A stretch of DNA of 64,000 nucleotides from Dehalococcoidia bacterium. GTDB lineage: Bacteria > Chloroflexota > Dehalococcoidia > UBA6926. The position numbers and the translations under genes were made by a program. The stretch lies in the NCBI GenBank assembly GCA_965219405.1, contig OZ244736.1, forward strand, positions 1,705,443 to 1,769,442, read 5' to 3'. The notes beneath the pieces were generated by a model. That model was given only the letters and a program-made list of their open reading frames with translations. It had not been told where the DNA came from and ran no database searches. Every line of letters starts with the position of its first letter. The stretch's first letter is position 1. Of this stretch, positions 16,972 to 25,876 are shown piece after piece.

Positions 16972-19862
16972 TGCTTGTGCCGACTGAATGCATTGACGCG
17001 GCAAACATGCTTCATGGCGCAATAGCGGGGGCAGTCGTCAGGCGTCGGATTAACGCGGAAGTCACCCCCCTGAATGGCATCCCGACTCTTTTGGACAACA
17101 CCGACAATTCCGTTGATGGCCTCTTCATCCATGGAATCGCTTGCACTAAGGGTCCACGACTTCGTTCCGCTTGCTGCGGGCAGCCGCGCATATGCCGCGC
17201 TAACAGGCTTGCCGCCGGCGCGAGGGTCGTTCTTGAGCGCGTAGGCGTAGACAGGCAGTTGCGCCGATTCTCCCCTGTGCACCTTTGCACGGCTATCGAT
17301 GCCACCGGTCTTGTAGTCGATGACCAAGAGGCCGTCCGGTGTCTCGTCTATGCGATCGACACGGCCAAATACGCGCATAGGTGGAGTCGTGGGAACCTCG
17401 CCCTCCACCCACTCTTCGGTCTTCAACACGCGATAGTCTTCGTTTGCGCCGGCAGGAAGCTTCTGCTGCTCAAGCATCTTGACGATACGCTCGCGGTAGC
17501 GCTGCCATTCGAGCCGCCACAGCGCCGCCTGCCCAAAGCCATGCTCCTCCGGCGCGCTGTTCCACGTATCACGGCCCTTGGTGTCGATAGACTGGATGAC
17601 CCTGCCAATAGTGTCCTCAGAAAGCGGCAGGCCCTCCGCGATAAGGGGCTTGAATGCCTCTTCCAGGATGGCGTGGACGATCGTGCCGCGCATCGCGCCG
17701 TCGCCCTCGTCCGGCTCATCATCGAGCTCATTGAGGCCGAGCACGTAGCGACCGAAGAACTGGAATGAGCACGTCAGATACGAATCCAATGACGACGCGC
17801 TCCACCTCGCCCCGGATTGCGTCAATCGCGGCACAAGCCCCCGTGAGACCCTGCCCTCATACTCGCCTGCAAAATAGAACGACCGCCTGATTTGTTCTTC
17901 TTGCGCGGCGATGAGGACGGTGGCCCAGGGATCGGTTTCCTGTGGCGGTGGCGGGCGGAGCCACGCTCCGTTCAGCCAACCGCGGGCGCAGGCGACGGCC
18001 AACTCTCTGCCTGAGGCAGACTCATCAATCGTCTGCGTATCTGTGCGCTTCTCCGGTTCAGATTCAACTGCCTGGAATACCCACGCGGGTGTTGCTTCTT
18101 TCCCTGAACCGTTGAGGCGGTAACGCCACAGGTTGGTGGAGCTCTCCGAGCGGGACGTGACGGAGTTCCAGAGTTCTTCCTCGGTGGAGCGCGGGGCGGG
18201 CGGGAGTGGGAGGCCGGCTTCAATCAGGTCCTGGCGCATCTCATCGCTCAGGAGATCGCCGTAGCGACGGCCGGCCGGGAACTCGCCCTCGGAAAGGCCG
18301 CCCACCATGACATGTTTGAAACGCAGGCCGTGCATGGTGTGCATGGGGGCGAGGAGCACACCGCCGGGGGTCCGCCGCAGGAGGACCGGCATGGCGAGGC
18401 GACGCTCCAGCCGTTCACGAAAACGTTCGAACGGCTCTATATCATCGCCATTGCCATCGACCTCGCGCAGCGAATTCACCATCTCGTTCAGATAGGAACG
18501 GAGTTGTTCGATACACTGCGCCGTCTCATCGTCAACGTCTCGCGTGTCTCGCAGCCAGCCATTCTCGCCGTACAGCGCGTCCGTAAGTCGTTGCACTCGG
18601 TCGGCGGAGTCCGCCTCAAGGCTCTCATGCAGTTCACGGAGGTCAGACAGCGCGGCGGCGAAACCGGAGGGACTGTTGACGGCCAAGCCGTCGAGTGCCT
18701 CCAAGCCTGCCCAAATCTTGTTCTCACGCGCCGTTTGGGCGATGTGATCCAGATCACCGCCCGTAAGTCTCCAGCGCTGGAGGTCGACGACGCCGCTGCG
18801 AAGAATGGAGATGATGTCCTTGACACGCCATCCGTTGTCCTTGACGCCGAGCAGTCGATTCAGCCAGGAGCCGAGCGGCGTATCGCGCAGGCGCGCGCCT
18901 GCCGCCGGATCAAGCGGGATGTCATATTCCGTAAAGATGCGGCGCATCATGGCGAGATAGGGTGTGACCTGACGGAACGTGACGGCGCAATCGGACGGCC
19001 TCAGTGTTGGATCGGCTGCCAGTTTCTGCTTGATTTGCCTCGCAATCTCCCTCGCATGCTGCTCGGTATTCGCCGCCTCACCCTTTGCCACGTCGGCAGC
19101 ATTGTCCTGTGGCCGAGCGATCTCCGTCTTCAGCTTGGCAGGCCATTGTTCTCGTAAACGTTCCAAGTCGAATCTGGAGCGTTCCGTGGCTTCGGGTTCA
19201 AAGCTGATTGTCATGTCTGATCGCGCAGACAGTGCCGCTAGCAGTGTCAGTTCCTGTGCCGTGAACCGCTGGAAGCCGTCCACCATCACGACTCTCGGCA
19301 CACTCGCACCATTTTGTACGGCCCTCGCAGCCCATTGGTTGACCTGCACCGGATGTATCAGCCTCAGTCGTTCCAGTTCACCGACATAGGTGGCATAGAT
19401 GTCCGCGAGGGCGCGGGCGGGTACGGAGCCAGTTCGCACTGCGGCGATCCGCAAAGAGTCCGGGTCGATGTGCTCTTCAAGGAGGCTCCCAACAGCTGGT
19501 CCAATCATTCCCACAAAGCCGGCCATGTCGGCGATAGGCTTGAAATAGTCGGCGTCCCCACCACGTGCGACAGTTCTGCGTGTGACACGCGCCAACTCGT
19601 CCGCGGCTCTCGCCGAGCTCAGGATTGGCGAGCCCGCGGTGAGGCCACGTGCCAACATGGTCAGCGTTTCCACGCGCAGATTCATAGCGACGCCGCATTC
19701 CCGCACGAGACGCCGACGAAATTGGTCCGCGTGGCGAATGGTCGGTACGAGCACTAGCGCGTCGGCGAACGAGTCTGAGCCGTAGAGGCCTGCGAGACGC
19801 GCGACTATTTCGCGCGTCTTTCCGCTACCCGCCCCGCCCGTAATGATCTCAACGCTCGGCAT
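16968..19862 (-). CDS. addB: ATP-dependent helicase/nuclease subunit B (AddB/RexB) with C-terminal Fe-S/nuclease domain
   Basis: Degenerate Walker A motif GGAGSGKT, a nuclease motif VIDYKTGG, and a terminal Cys cluster CPRYCAMKHVC. It overlaps addA by 4 nt. Confidence 0.8.
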   Translation of the reverse strand: MPSVEIITGGAGSGKTREIVARLAGLYGSDSFADALVLVPTIRHADQFRRRLVRECGVAMNLRVETLTMLARGLTAGSPILSSARAADELARVTRRTVARGGDADYFKPIADMAGFVGMIGPAVGSLLEEHIDPDSLRIAAVRTGSVPARALADIYATYVGELERLRLIHPVQVNQWAARAVQNGASVPRVVMVDGFQRFTAQELTLLAALSARSDMTISFEPEATERSRFDLERLREQWPAKLKTEIARPQDNAADVAKGEAANTEQHAREIARQIKQKLAADPTLRPSDCAVTFRQVTPYLAMMRRIFTEYDIPLDPAAGARLRDTPLGSWLNRLLGVKDNGWRVKDIISILRSGVVDLQRWRLTGGDLDHIAQTARENKIWAGLEALDGLAVNSPSGFAAALSDLRELHESLEADSADRVQRLTDALYGENGWLRDTRDVDDETAQCIEQLRSYLNEMVNSLREVDGNGDDIEPFERFRERLERRLAMPVLLRRTPGGVLLAPMHTMHGLRFKHVMVGGLSEGEFPAGRRYGDLLSDEMRQDLIEAGLPLPPAPRSTEEELWNSVTSRSESSTNLWRYRLNGSGKEATPAWVFQAVESEPEKRTDTQTIDESASGRELAVACARGWLNGAWLRPPPPQETDPWATVLIAAQEEQIRRSFYFAGEYEGRVSRGLVPRLTQSGARWSASSLDSYLTCSFQFFGRYVLGLNELDDEPDEGDGAMRGTIVHAILEEAFKPLIAEGLPLSEDTIGRVIQSIDTKGRDTWNSAPEEHGFGQAALWRLEWQRYRERIVKMLEQQKLPAGANEDYRVLKTEEWVEGEVPTTPPMRVFGRVDRIDETPDGLLVIDYKTGGIDSRAKVHRGESAQLPVYAYALKNDPRAGGKPVSAAYARLPAASGTKSWTLSASDSMDEEAINGIVGVVQKSRDAIQGGDFRVNPTPDDCPRYCAMKHVCRVNAFSRHKQ

Positions 19863-19924
19863 GATGCAATTGTAGGAAAGAATGAGGGAGCGCGTCCCTC
19901 CAAGCTGCCCCGTACACTATCTCC

Positions 19925-20440
19925 ATGACTTTCCTTGAAGTGACCGTCCTTGTCACGCGGTGGGCGCACGTCATCGCCACCGTTGCATGGATCGGCGGCA
20001 ACATCTTCTACCTGGCAGCGTTGCGGCCTGCGATGCGGCAAAGCCAGGGCGGCTCTCCCGATCTTCCCCGCTTCATCGGCGAGCGATTCAAGCAGACCGT
20101 CGATCTCTCGATGTGGGTACTGATTATCACTGGGGCACTGCTAATTTATGACCGCCTCACGCAGGAAATTGGCCTCGGCTACGCCGTCATCCTGGGCGTC
20201 AAACTCGCCCTCTCCGCCGCCATGTTCCTGATAGCCTTCTCACTCGGCAGACGCGGACCCCGCCGCCGCTCATCTCCTGTTGAGGGTCTCTGGAGCGAGA
20301 TTCTGCCCGGACCTCTCACGCGCCTCCTCGCAGATGCCGGATCAACCGTTGCCCGCCTCGTCTCCCCTACCAACGTCCTCTTTGTCCTCGGTCCCGTGGT
20401 TATCCTCCTGGGCCTCCTCCTCCGATTCATCGCCAACTAG
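19925..20440 (+). CDS. hypothetical integral membrane protein (4 predicted TM)
   Basis: Hydrophobic profile only; no recognised family motif. Confidence 0.4.
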   Translation: MTFLEVTVLVTRWAHVIATVAWIGGNIFYLAALRPAMRQSQGGSPDLPRFIGERFKQTVDLSMWVLIITGALLIYDRLTQEIGLGYAVILGVKLALSAAMFLIAFSLGRRGPRRRSSPVEGLWSEILPGPLTRLLADAGSTVARLVSPTNVLFVLGPVVILLGLLLRFIAN

Positions 20441-20510
20441 ACAGAACACTCCAAGCGCGGGATGATACCCCCACAATCGGCGGGAAGGTAGGATCGGGGG
20501 GGGAACTGTC

Positions 20511-22919
20511 ATGACTGACCAGCAGGAAAGCCCATCGGCGCTCGGACACCTGCGCGTCCTTGACCTCGGCGGCCCGACGCCGCAGTTCGCCACTCGTCTG
20601 CTCGGCGATCTTGGCGCGGACGTTATCAAGATAGAGCCGCCCGGCGGCGATCCCCTCCGCAACCAGGCCCCCTTTGCCGGTAACACGCCTGATCCTGAGC
20701 GCAGCATCCCGTTCATTTCTGATAACCACAACAAGCGCAGCATTGTCCTTGATCTCGAAACCGAGGATGGCCGCGATTCGCTCCGCCGTCTTGCCGCCAC
20801 AGCGGATGTCATCGTGGAATGCTTTGACCGCACCTATCTCGATGACCTCGGTATTGGATATGAAACCCTCTCGCAGGCCAACCCACGGCTCATCTTCGCC
20901 TCTGTCAGTCCCTACGGCCGGACCGGCCCGCGCCGCGACTACGTCGGCACGGAGCTGACCGTGCAGGCCATGACCGGAGTCATGTATATCCACGGCGACA
21001 GCGAGGCGCGCCCTTGCCTCGTTCCAGTGGAGCAGCTTTACCGCGTTGCCGGATTCCATACTGTCGTCGGCGTTATGACTGCCGTGCGCGCCAGGCACCT
21101 GACAGGACGCGGCCAACAGGTGGACATCTCATTGCAGGACGTGGGTCTGTGGCAGCTGATGGTCGTGCTGGGAGATTACTCGTTCTCCCAGTACATCAGG
21201 CGACGCGCCGGCTCCGCGCCCAGCAACCCCGGCGTGTCCATCTTTGAAACGCAGGATGGCAACTTTGTCCAGACCTCCACCTACATGGATCGCCACTACA
21301 CGCGCCTCGCGGACTGGATGGGGTCGAATCAGGTCACGTCAGACAATATGCTTGACCCCGTCTGGCGACGGGAGAACATCGACCTAATCGACGCCGTTAT
21401 GGTGGACTTCATTGCGCAGGTAGACAGCGAAGATTTCGTGGACGAGGGTCAACGGCGCGGCATCCCCTTAACGGCCATTCACAAGGTCTCTGATTTCGTC
21501 AATCATCCGCACCCGAACTCCCGGGATTGGTTCAAGAATCTCGAGCACCCGGTCATCGGCAAATACCGCACGGCCGGCGCGCCGTTCCGCATGTCCCGCA
21601 CCCCATGGGGCGTCCGCCGCCCTGCCCCCTCCGTCGGCCAACACACGGATGAGGTTCTTTCCGAAGTGCGTCCACCTGTCCCGGCCGGGGCTGCAATGAA
21701 CGGGGTGAGTGGCGATCAAGGCGCCGCCCGAATCAAGCCGCTTGATGGTGTACGTGTCGTTGATTTCACACAGGCTGTCGCGGGGCCTGTTGCCACGGGA
21801 TTTCTCGCCTTCCTGGGCGCAGATGTTATCAAGGTGGAGACGGATGCCCACCCACAGCCGCGCAGGCCGGATACAGGCGGATTCGCGGAACTCAACCGCG
21901 GCAAGCGCAGCGTCACCATCAACGCCCAGCACCCTGAGGGACTGGACGTCGTCAAGCGGCTCATTGCCGAATCGGACGTTGTTATCGACAACTGGCGCGC
22001 GGGCGTCTTGGATCGCATGGGCCTCGGATACGATGACCTGCGAGAGGTTAAGTCGGATATCATCGCCGTCCAGATGCCCGGCCTCGGCCTGACCGGCCCG
22101 GCACACCACTACATCACGTACGGCCAGATGATCTTTGGGTTCTGCGGCCTTGGATATATCTGGGGTCATGCCGACGCCCCCATGACCACCCGACCCAAGC
22201 TTGGCTACACCGACTACGTCGCCGGTTCCGCAACTGTCGGCGCGATCCTGACCGCCCTTGAGCACCGGGCGCAGACCGGCGAGGGGCAGTTCATAGAAGT
22301 GGCTCAACTTGAGGGTCTTGCCTCCACGTTGGGCACGCTCTACATGGATTACACCATCAACGGCGTGGATGCTGTCGCGAACGGCAACAACTCAGAGCGG
22401 TTCGCCCCGCACGATGTCTATGCCTGCATCGGCCACGACGCGTGGTGCGCTATCGCGTGCCGCGACGACGACGATTGGCGGCGGCTTATTGTCGCCATGG
22501 AGTCGCCCGCATGGGCGCAGGACAGCAAGTGGGACACGCTGGACGGCCGGGTAGCCAACAAGGAAGAGCTTGACCGCCGCATCGGTGAATGGACGGCCGG
22601 ATTGAATCCGCAGCAGGTCTTTGACCGACTCCAACGCCACGGCGTGCCCGCGGGAATGGATCAGGGGCCGGACAAGCTGGTGTGGGACCCGCACCTGCGA
22701 GAACGCGGCTCCGTCGTCACCGTTCAGCCGCCTGCGCCGTGGGACTCATCACCGCCCCTCACGCACCCGGCCCTCACCGCGCGCCTTTCGGACACCCCCG
22801 GCCAATCAGACATCCCTGCCCCCGCCTCCGGCCAACACAATGAAGACATCTATCACAACGTGATTGGGCTAACGGATAACGAGATAGCCAATCTAACCGA
22901 GAGCGGAGCACTGGTTTAG
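20511..22919 (+). CDS. tandem-duplicated family III CoA-transferase (two CaiB/BaiF domains in one 802-aa chain)
   Basis: The N-terminal domain has LRVLDLGGPTPQFATRLLGDLGADVIKIEPPGGDPLR. The second domain has VRVVDFTQAVAGPVATGFLAFLGADVIKVET. Each is ~400 aa. Confidence 0.7.
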   Translation: MTDQQESPSALGHLRVLDLGGPTPQFATRLLGDLGADVIKIEPPGGDPLRNQAPFAGNTPDPERSIPFISDNHNKRSIVLDLETEDGRDSLRRLAATADVIVECFDRTYLDDLGIGYETLSQANPRLIFASVSPYGRTGPRRDYVGTELTVQAMTGVMYIHGDSEARPCLVPVEQLYRVAGFHTVVGVMTAVRARHLTGRGQQVDISLQDVGLWQLMVVLGDYSFSQYIRRRAGSAPSNPGVSIFETQDGNFVQTSTYMDRHYTRLADWMGSNQVTSDNMLDPVWRRENIDLIDAVMVDFIAQVDSEDFVDEGQRRGIPLTAIHKVSDFVNHPHPNSRDWFKNLEHPVIGKYRTAGAPFRMSRTPWGVRRPAPSVGQHTDEVLSEVRPPVPAGAAMNGVSGDQGAARIKPLDGVRVVDFTQAVAGPVATGFLAFLGADVIKVETDAHPQPRRPDTGGFAELNRGKRSVTINAQHPEGLDVVKRLIAESDVVIDNWRAGVLDRMGLGYDDLREVKSDIIAVQMPGLGLTGPAHHYITYGQMIFGFCGLGYIWGHADAPMTTRPKLGYTDYVAGSATVGAILTALEHRAQTGEGQFIEVAQLEGLASTLGTLYMDYTINGVDAVANGNNSERFAPHDVYACIGHDAWCAIACRDDDDWRRLIVAMESPAWAQDSKWDTLDGRVANKEELDRRIGEWTAGLNPQQVFDRLQRHGVPAGMDQGPDKLVWDPHLRERGSVVTVQPPAPWDSSPPLTHPALTARLSDTPGQSDIPAPASGQHNEDIYHNVIGLTDNEIANLTESGALV

Positions 22920-22955
22920 CCGAAACGCGATCGAATCAAAGGAGGCACCCGCGCC

Positions 22956-23843
22956 ATGACCACATATGAAAACATCCTCTATGAGCCGCAGAAGAACGGT
23001 GTGTTGATCACGCTGAATCGGCCTGAGGCGATGAATTCCCTCAGCGTCGAGTTACGGGCTGATCTGAACGCCGCCCTCGATGAGGCTGAACAGGACGACT
23101 CGATTCGCTACATAATCCTCACCGGCGCAGGGCGGGCCTTTTCCGCCGGCGCGAATATGCGCGGCTCCCGCGATGGCTCCCTGCCGCCCGTCGTCTGGCC
23201 TTATGGACTCCGCGAGGGACAGTCCGTCGCCGAGTTTCTGGACTCGTGGCGCGATGGCGACCGCAACGGCATCCGCGACCAGATGCGACGCTGGGAGTAC
23301 CCCAAGCCCATCATTGGCGCGATCAACGGCTGGGCGCTCGGCGCGGCGTCGTGGCTTGCACTCACAACCCACATCACCGTCGCCTCGGAGAACGCCGTTT
23401 TTGGCCAGCCGGAGGTGCGCCACATCTCCAACACCAACTTCATCTGGGTGCTGCTGGCGGGCTACAAGAACGCCCTGCGCTACGCCCTCACCGGCGACCA
23501 CATCGATGCACAGGAGGCGTTGCGAATCGGCCTCGTCAACAAGGTCGTCCCGCATGATGACCTGCTGGAAGAGTGCTTCTACATTGGCGAGCGCATCGCC
23601 CTCGTCTCCCCGGAGACCGTCAAGATCAACCTCCACGTCGCCACCATGGGTCTGGAAATGATGGGGCTGGACAAGGCGTGGAGCATGAACGCAGAACTAG
23701 CCGCGCTCGCCCACACCTCCCAGCGCGAGGATTTTAAGCGCCACCTTGACGACGCCAACGAAAAGGGCGGCCTCCGCAGCTACATCGAGACGCGTGACGC
23801 CCCGTTCCAGCCGGAGCCCTTCGGCCCCCGCGCTCGTCGCTAA
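22956..23843 (+). CDS. enoyl-CoA hydratase/isomerase (crotonase fold)
   Basis: NGVLITLNRPEAMNSL...ILTGAGRAFSAGANM is the crotonase oxyanion-hole region. Confidence 0.8.
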   Translation: MTTYENILYEPQKNGVLITLNRPEAMNSLSVELRADLNAALDEAEQDDSIRYIILTGAGRAFSAGANMRGSRDGSLPPVVWPYGLREGQSVAEFLDSWRDGDRNGIRDQMRRWEYPKPIIGAINGWALGAASWLALTTHITVASENAVFGQPEVRHISNTNFIWVLLAGYKNALRYALTGDHIDAQEALRIGLVNKVVPHDDLLEECFYIGERIALVSPETVKINLHVATMGLEMMGLDKAWSMNAELAALAHTSQREDFKRHLDDANEKGGLRSYIETRDAPFQPEPFGPRARR

Positions 23844-23866
23844 ACCCGACTCTCAGAGGATTTCTG

Positions 23867-25843
23867 TCAGGGCGTCCTGAGGTGCGCCGGCGTGCGCCGG
23901 GCGCAGTAGGCGCAGGTTCCGATGGGGGAAGTTTCGCCGGTGGAGAGGGGATTCCCCGGAGCGGTGAGACTTGTTGGCGTTGTTCCGGCCTTCACTAGCA
24001 GGCGGTGCAGCAAGCAGAGGGGGAGGCCGACGACGTTGAGATAGCAGCCGTTGAGTTCTGCGACGGGGCGGAATTCCGGGTGTTGGATGCCGTAGGCGCC
24101 TGCCTTATCGAACGGGTCGCCGGTGGCGATGTAGCCCTCAATTTCCTCGTCTGTGTAGTTGCGCATGCGGCCTATGGTGATTTCGTGACCGACGATGGGC
24201 TCAGGGTTGTCGCCGGACGGGATGACAGCGATGGCGGTTATGACCTGGTGGTCTCCTTCTCTAAGCGTGCGGAGCATCTGGCGGGCCTCATCCACGTTCT
24301 GTGGTTTGTTGAGGATGCGGCCGTCCGGGGCGACAACAACGGTGTCCGCGCCAACGACCGGGACTGCTGCGGTGTCGTCCGTGATGGATTGGGCTTTTCT
24401 GAGGGCGAGGTCCTGGACGTAGGCGACGGGCGGGGAGGCGGGGATAACGGAGTCAGCAGATTGTTCGATGTTGGAGGCGGGGGCGAGGGCGGCGAAAGGG
24501 GTGCTTTGGTGGGTGAGGATTTCGCGGCGGCGGGCTGAGGTGGAGGCGAGAATAAAGCCGTCTGACGGCATTCGCTCCAAGGTCGAAACGCTTTCAATGT
24601 GGTAGGTGTGGGGGAACATATCGACGGGTGTGACGTCGGTCAGCATGTAGCCGTAGAGGATGAGCTTGTTCAGGTCGCGGGCGAGGGTGGCCGGATCGCA
24701 GGAAACGTAGACAATGCGGCGGGGTTGGAGTCGGCGTAAGGCATCGATGACCTCCGGATAGCAGCCGGCGCGTGGCGGGTCAAGGATGACGGCATCGACG
24801 CGCTCATCAAGTTCCGGCAGGGCCTCTTCCGTCTTGGCCATGATCATCTCGACGTTGGGGAATGGCGCGAGATTGACTTCAGCGTCGCGGATGGCGGCGG
24901 CGGATTCTTCTATGGCAATGACGCGTCCGACCATCGGGGCAATGAGAGCAGCAATTGTCCCGACACCGGCGTAGGCGTCAACAACGGTGTCAGAGGACGT
25001 GGGTTGGAGGCGGTCCCTGACCAAGGCCATCATGCGCTCGGCCTGGGCGGTGTTGACCTGGAAGAAAGAGGCAGCGGACACCTTGAACGGCACGTCGAAC
25101 AGCTGCTCCTCATAGGATTCCTGGCCTGTTTCAACGCCCCGGTCATCGCCGCGATCGTTGAGAGCAGGATGGATGAGTGTCTCGCCCGTGTTCTTGCCGA
25201 TACGGACGGCAAGCTGGCGCTCGCGGTTGGTCAGCGCGCCATCGAGCTTGCGCTTGATATCGTTGATGCGCGTGTCCATGATCAGGCACTCATCGATGGG
25301 TTCGAACCGATGAGTGTGCCAATGGGTGAATCCGGTTGTGCCTTCGCGTCGCACGGTAAAACGAGCGTTGTTGCGGTAGTTCCAGGGGTTTTCGGCGGCA
25401 AGGATTTCTGAGACTGGCGGCTCCATAATCTGGCCGATCTGTCGGAGTTGATCAGTAAGGGCGCTCTGCTTGATCCTGCCCTGCTCTTCATAAGAGATGT
25501 GCTGGAGCTGGCAACCGCCGCACGCGCCAAAGTGCGGGCAGCGGGGTTCCACGCGCTCCGGCGATGGACGCAACACCTCCACGACCTCAGCAACGATGTG
25601 CGTTGGGTGCTCTTCACGCACCTCAACAATAACGCGCTCGCCCGCGATGCCGTAGGAGGCGAGGACGATTTTCCCGTCCTCACGTCGTCCCTCTGCCTCA
25701 CCCTGATGGCCCGAGCGCTCAAGTTCAACCGTGAGTCGCTGCGGCGGGCCGTCAGGAGTGGAAGATTTGCCGTTTCGCGGGGGAAATCGGCGGTGTTTCT
25801 TTCTGCTGGCTTTCATGGTTGTGGGAATCAGGGTAGCGGCCAC
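23867..25843 (-). CDS. 23S rRNA (uracil-C5)-methyltransferase RlmD/RumA-like (TRAM + 4Fe-4S + class I MTase) fused to C-terminal Maf nucleoside-triphosphate pyrophosphatase domain
   Basis: It has the CPHFGACGGCQLQH cluster, VVDAYAGVGTIA, DPPRAGC, and then ILASTSARRREIL...VVGADTVVV...GDPFDKAGAYGIQ (Maf). The exact start is uncertain. Confidence 0.7.
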   Translation of the reverse strand: MAATLIPTTMKASRKKHRRFPPRNGKSSTPDGPPQRLTVELERSGHQGEAEGRREDGKIVLASYGIAGERVIVEVREEHPTHIVAEVVEVLRPSPERVEPRCPHFGACGGCQLQHISYEEQGRIKQSALTDQLRQIGQIMEPPVSEILAAENPWNYRNNARFTVRREGTTGFTHWHTHRFEPIDECLIMDTRINDIKRKLDGALTNRERQLAVRIGKNTGETLIHPALNDRGDDRGVETGQESYEEQLFDVPFKVSAASFFQVNTAQAERMMALVRDRLQPTSSDTVVDAYAGVGTIAALIAPMVGRVIAIEESAAAIRDAEVNLAPFPNVEMIMAKTEEALPELDERVDAVILDPPRAGCYPEVIDALRRLQPRRIVYVSCDPATLARDLNKLILYGYMLTDVTPVDMFPHTYHIESVSTLERMPSDGFILASTSARRREILTHQSTPFAALAPASNIEQSADSVIPASPPVAYVQDLALRKAQSITDDTAAVPVVGADTVVVAPDGRILNKPQNVDEARQMLRTLREGDHQVITAIAVIPSGDNPEPIVGHEITIGRMRNYTDEEIEGYIATGDPFDKAGAYGIQHPEFRPVAELNGCYLNVVGLPLCLLHRLLVKAGTTPTSLTAPGNPLSTGETSPIGTCAYCARRTPAHLRTP

Positions 25844-25876
25844 GCAAGCGGGCAGGCAAGGAATCGGTGGCGATGT

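Noticed and set aside
16971-19157. 265-aa and 281-aa plus-strand ORFs
   Set aside because: Antisense within addB.
21468-22307. 279-aa minus-strand ORF
   Set aside because: Antisense within the tandem CoA-transferase gene.
25448-25876. 5' extension of the recombinase ORF (track start 25448)
   Set aside because: It overlaps the 3' end of the convergent RlmD-Maf gene by ~400 nt and has no homology. The start is placed at 25877 or later.
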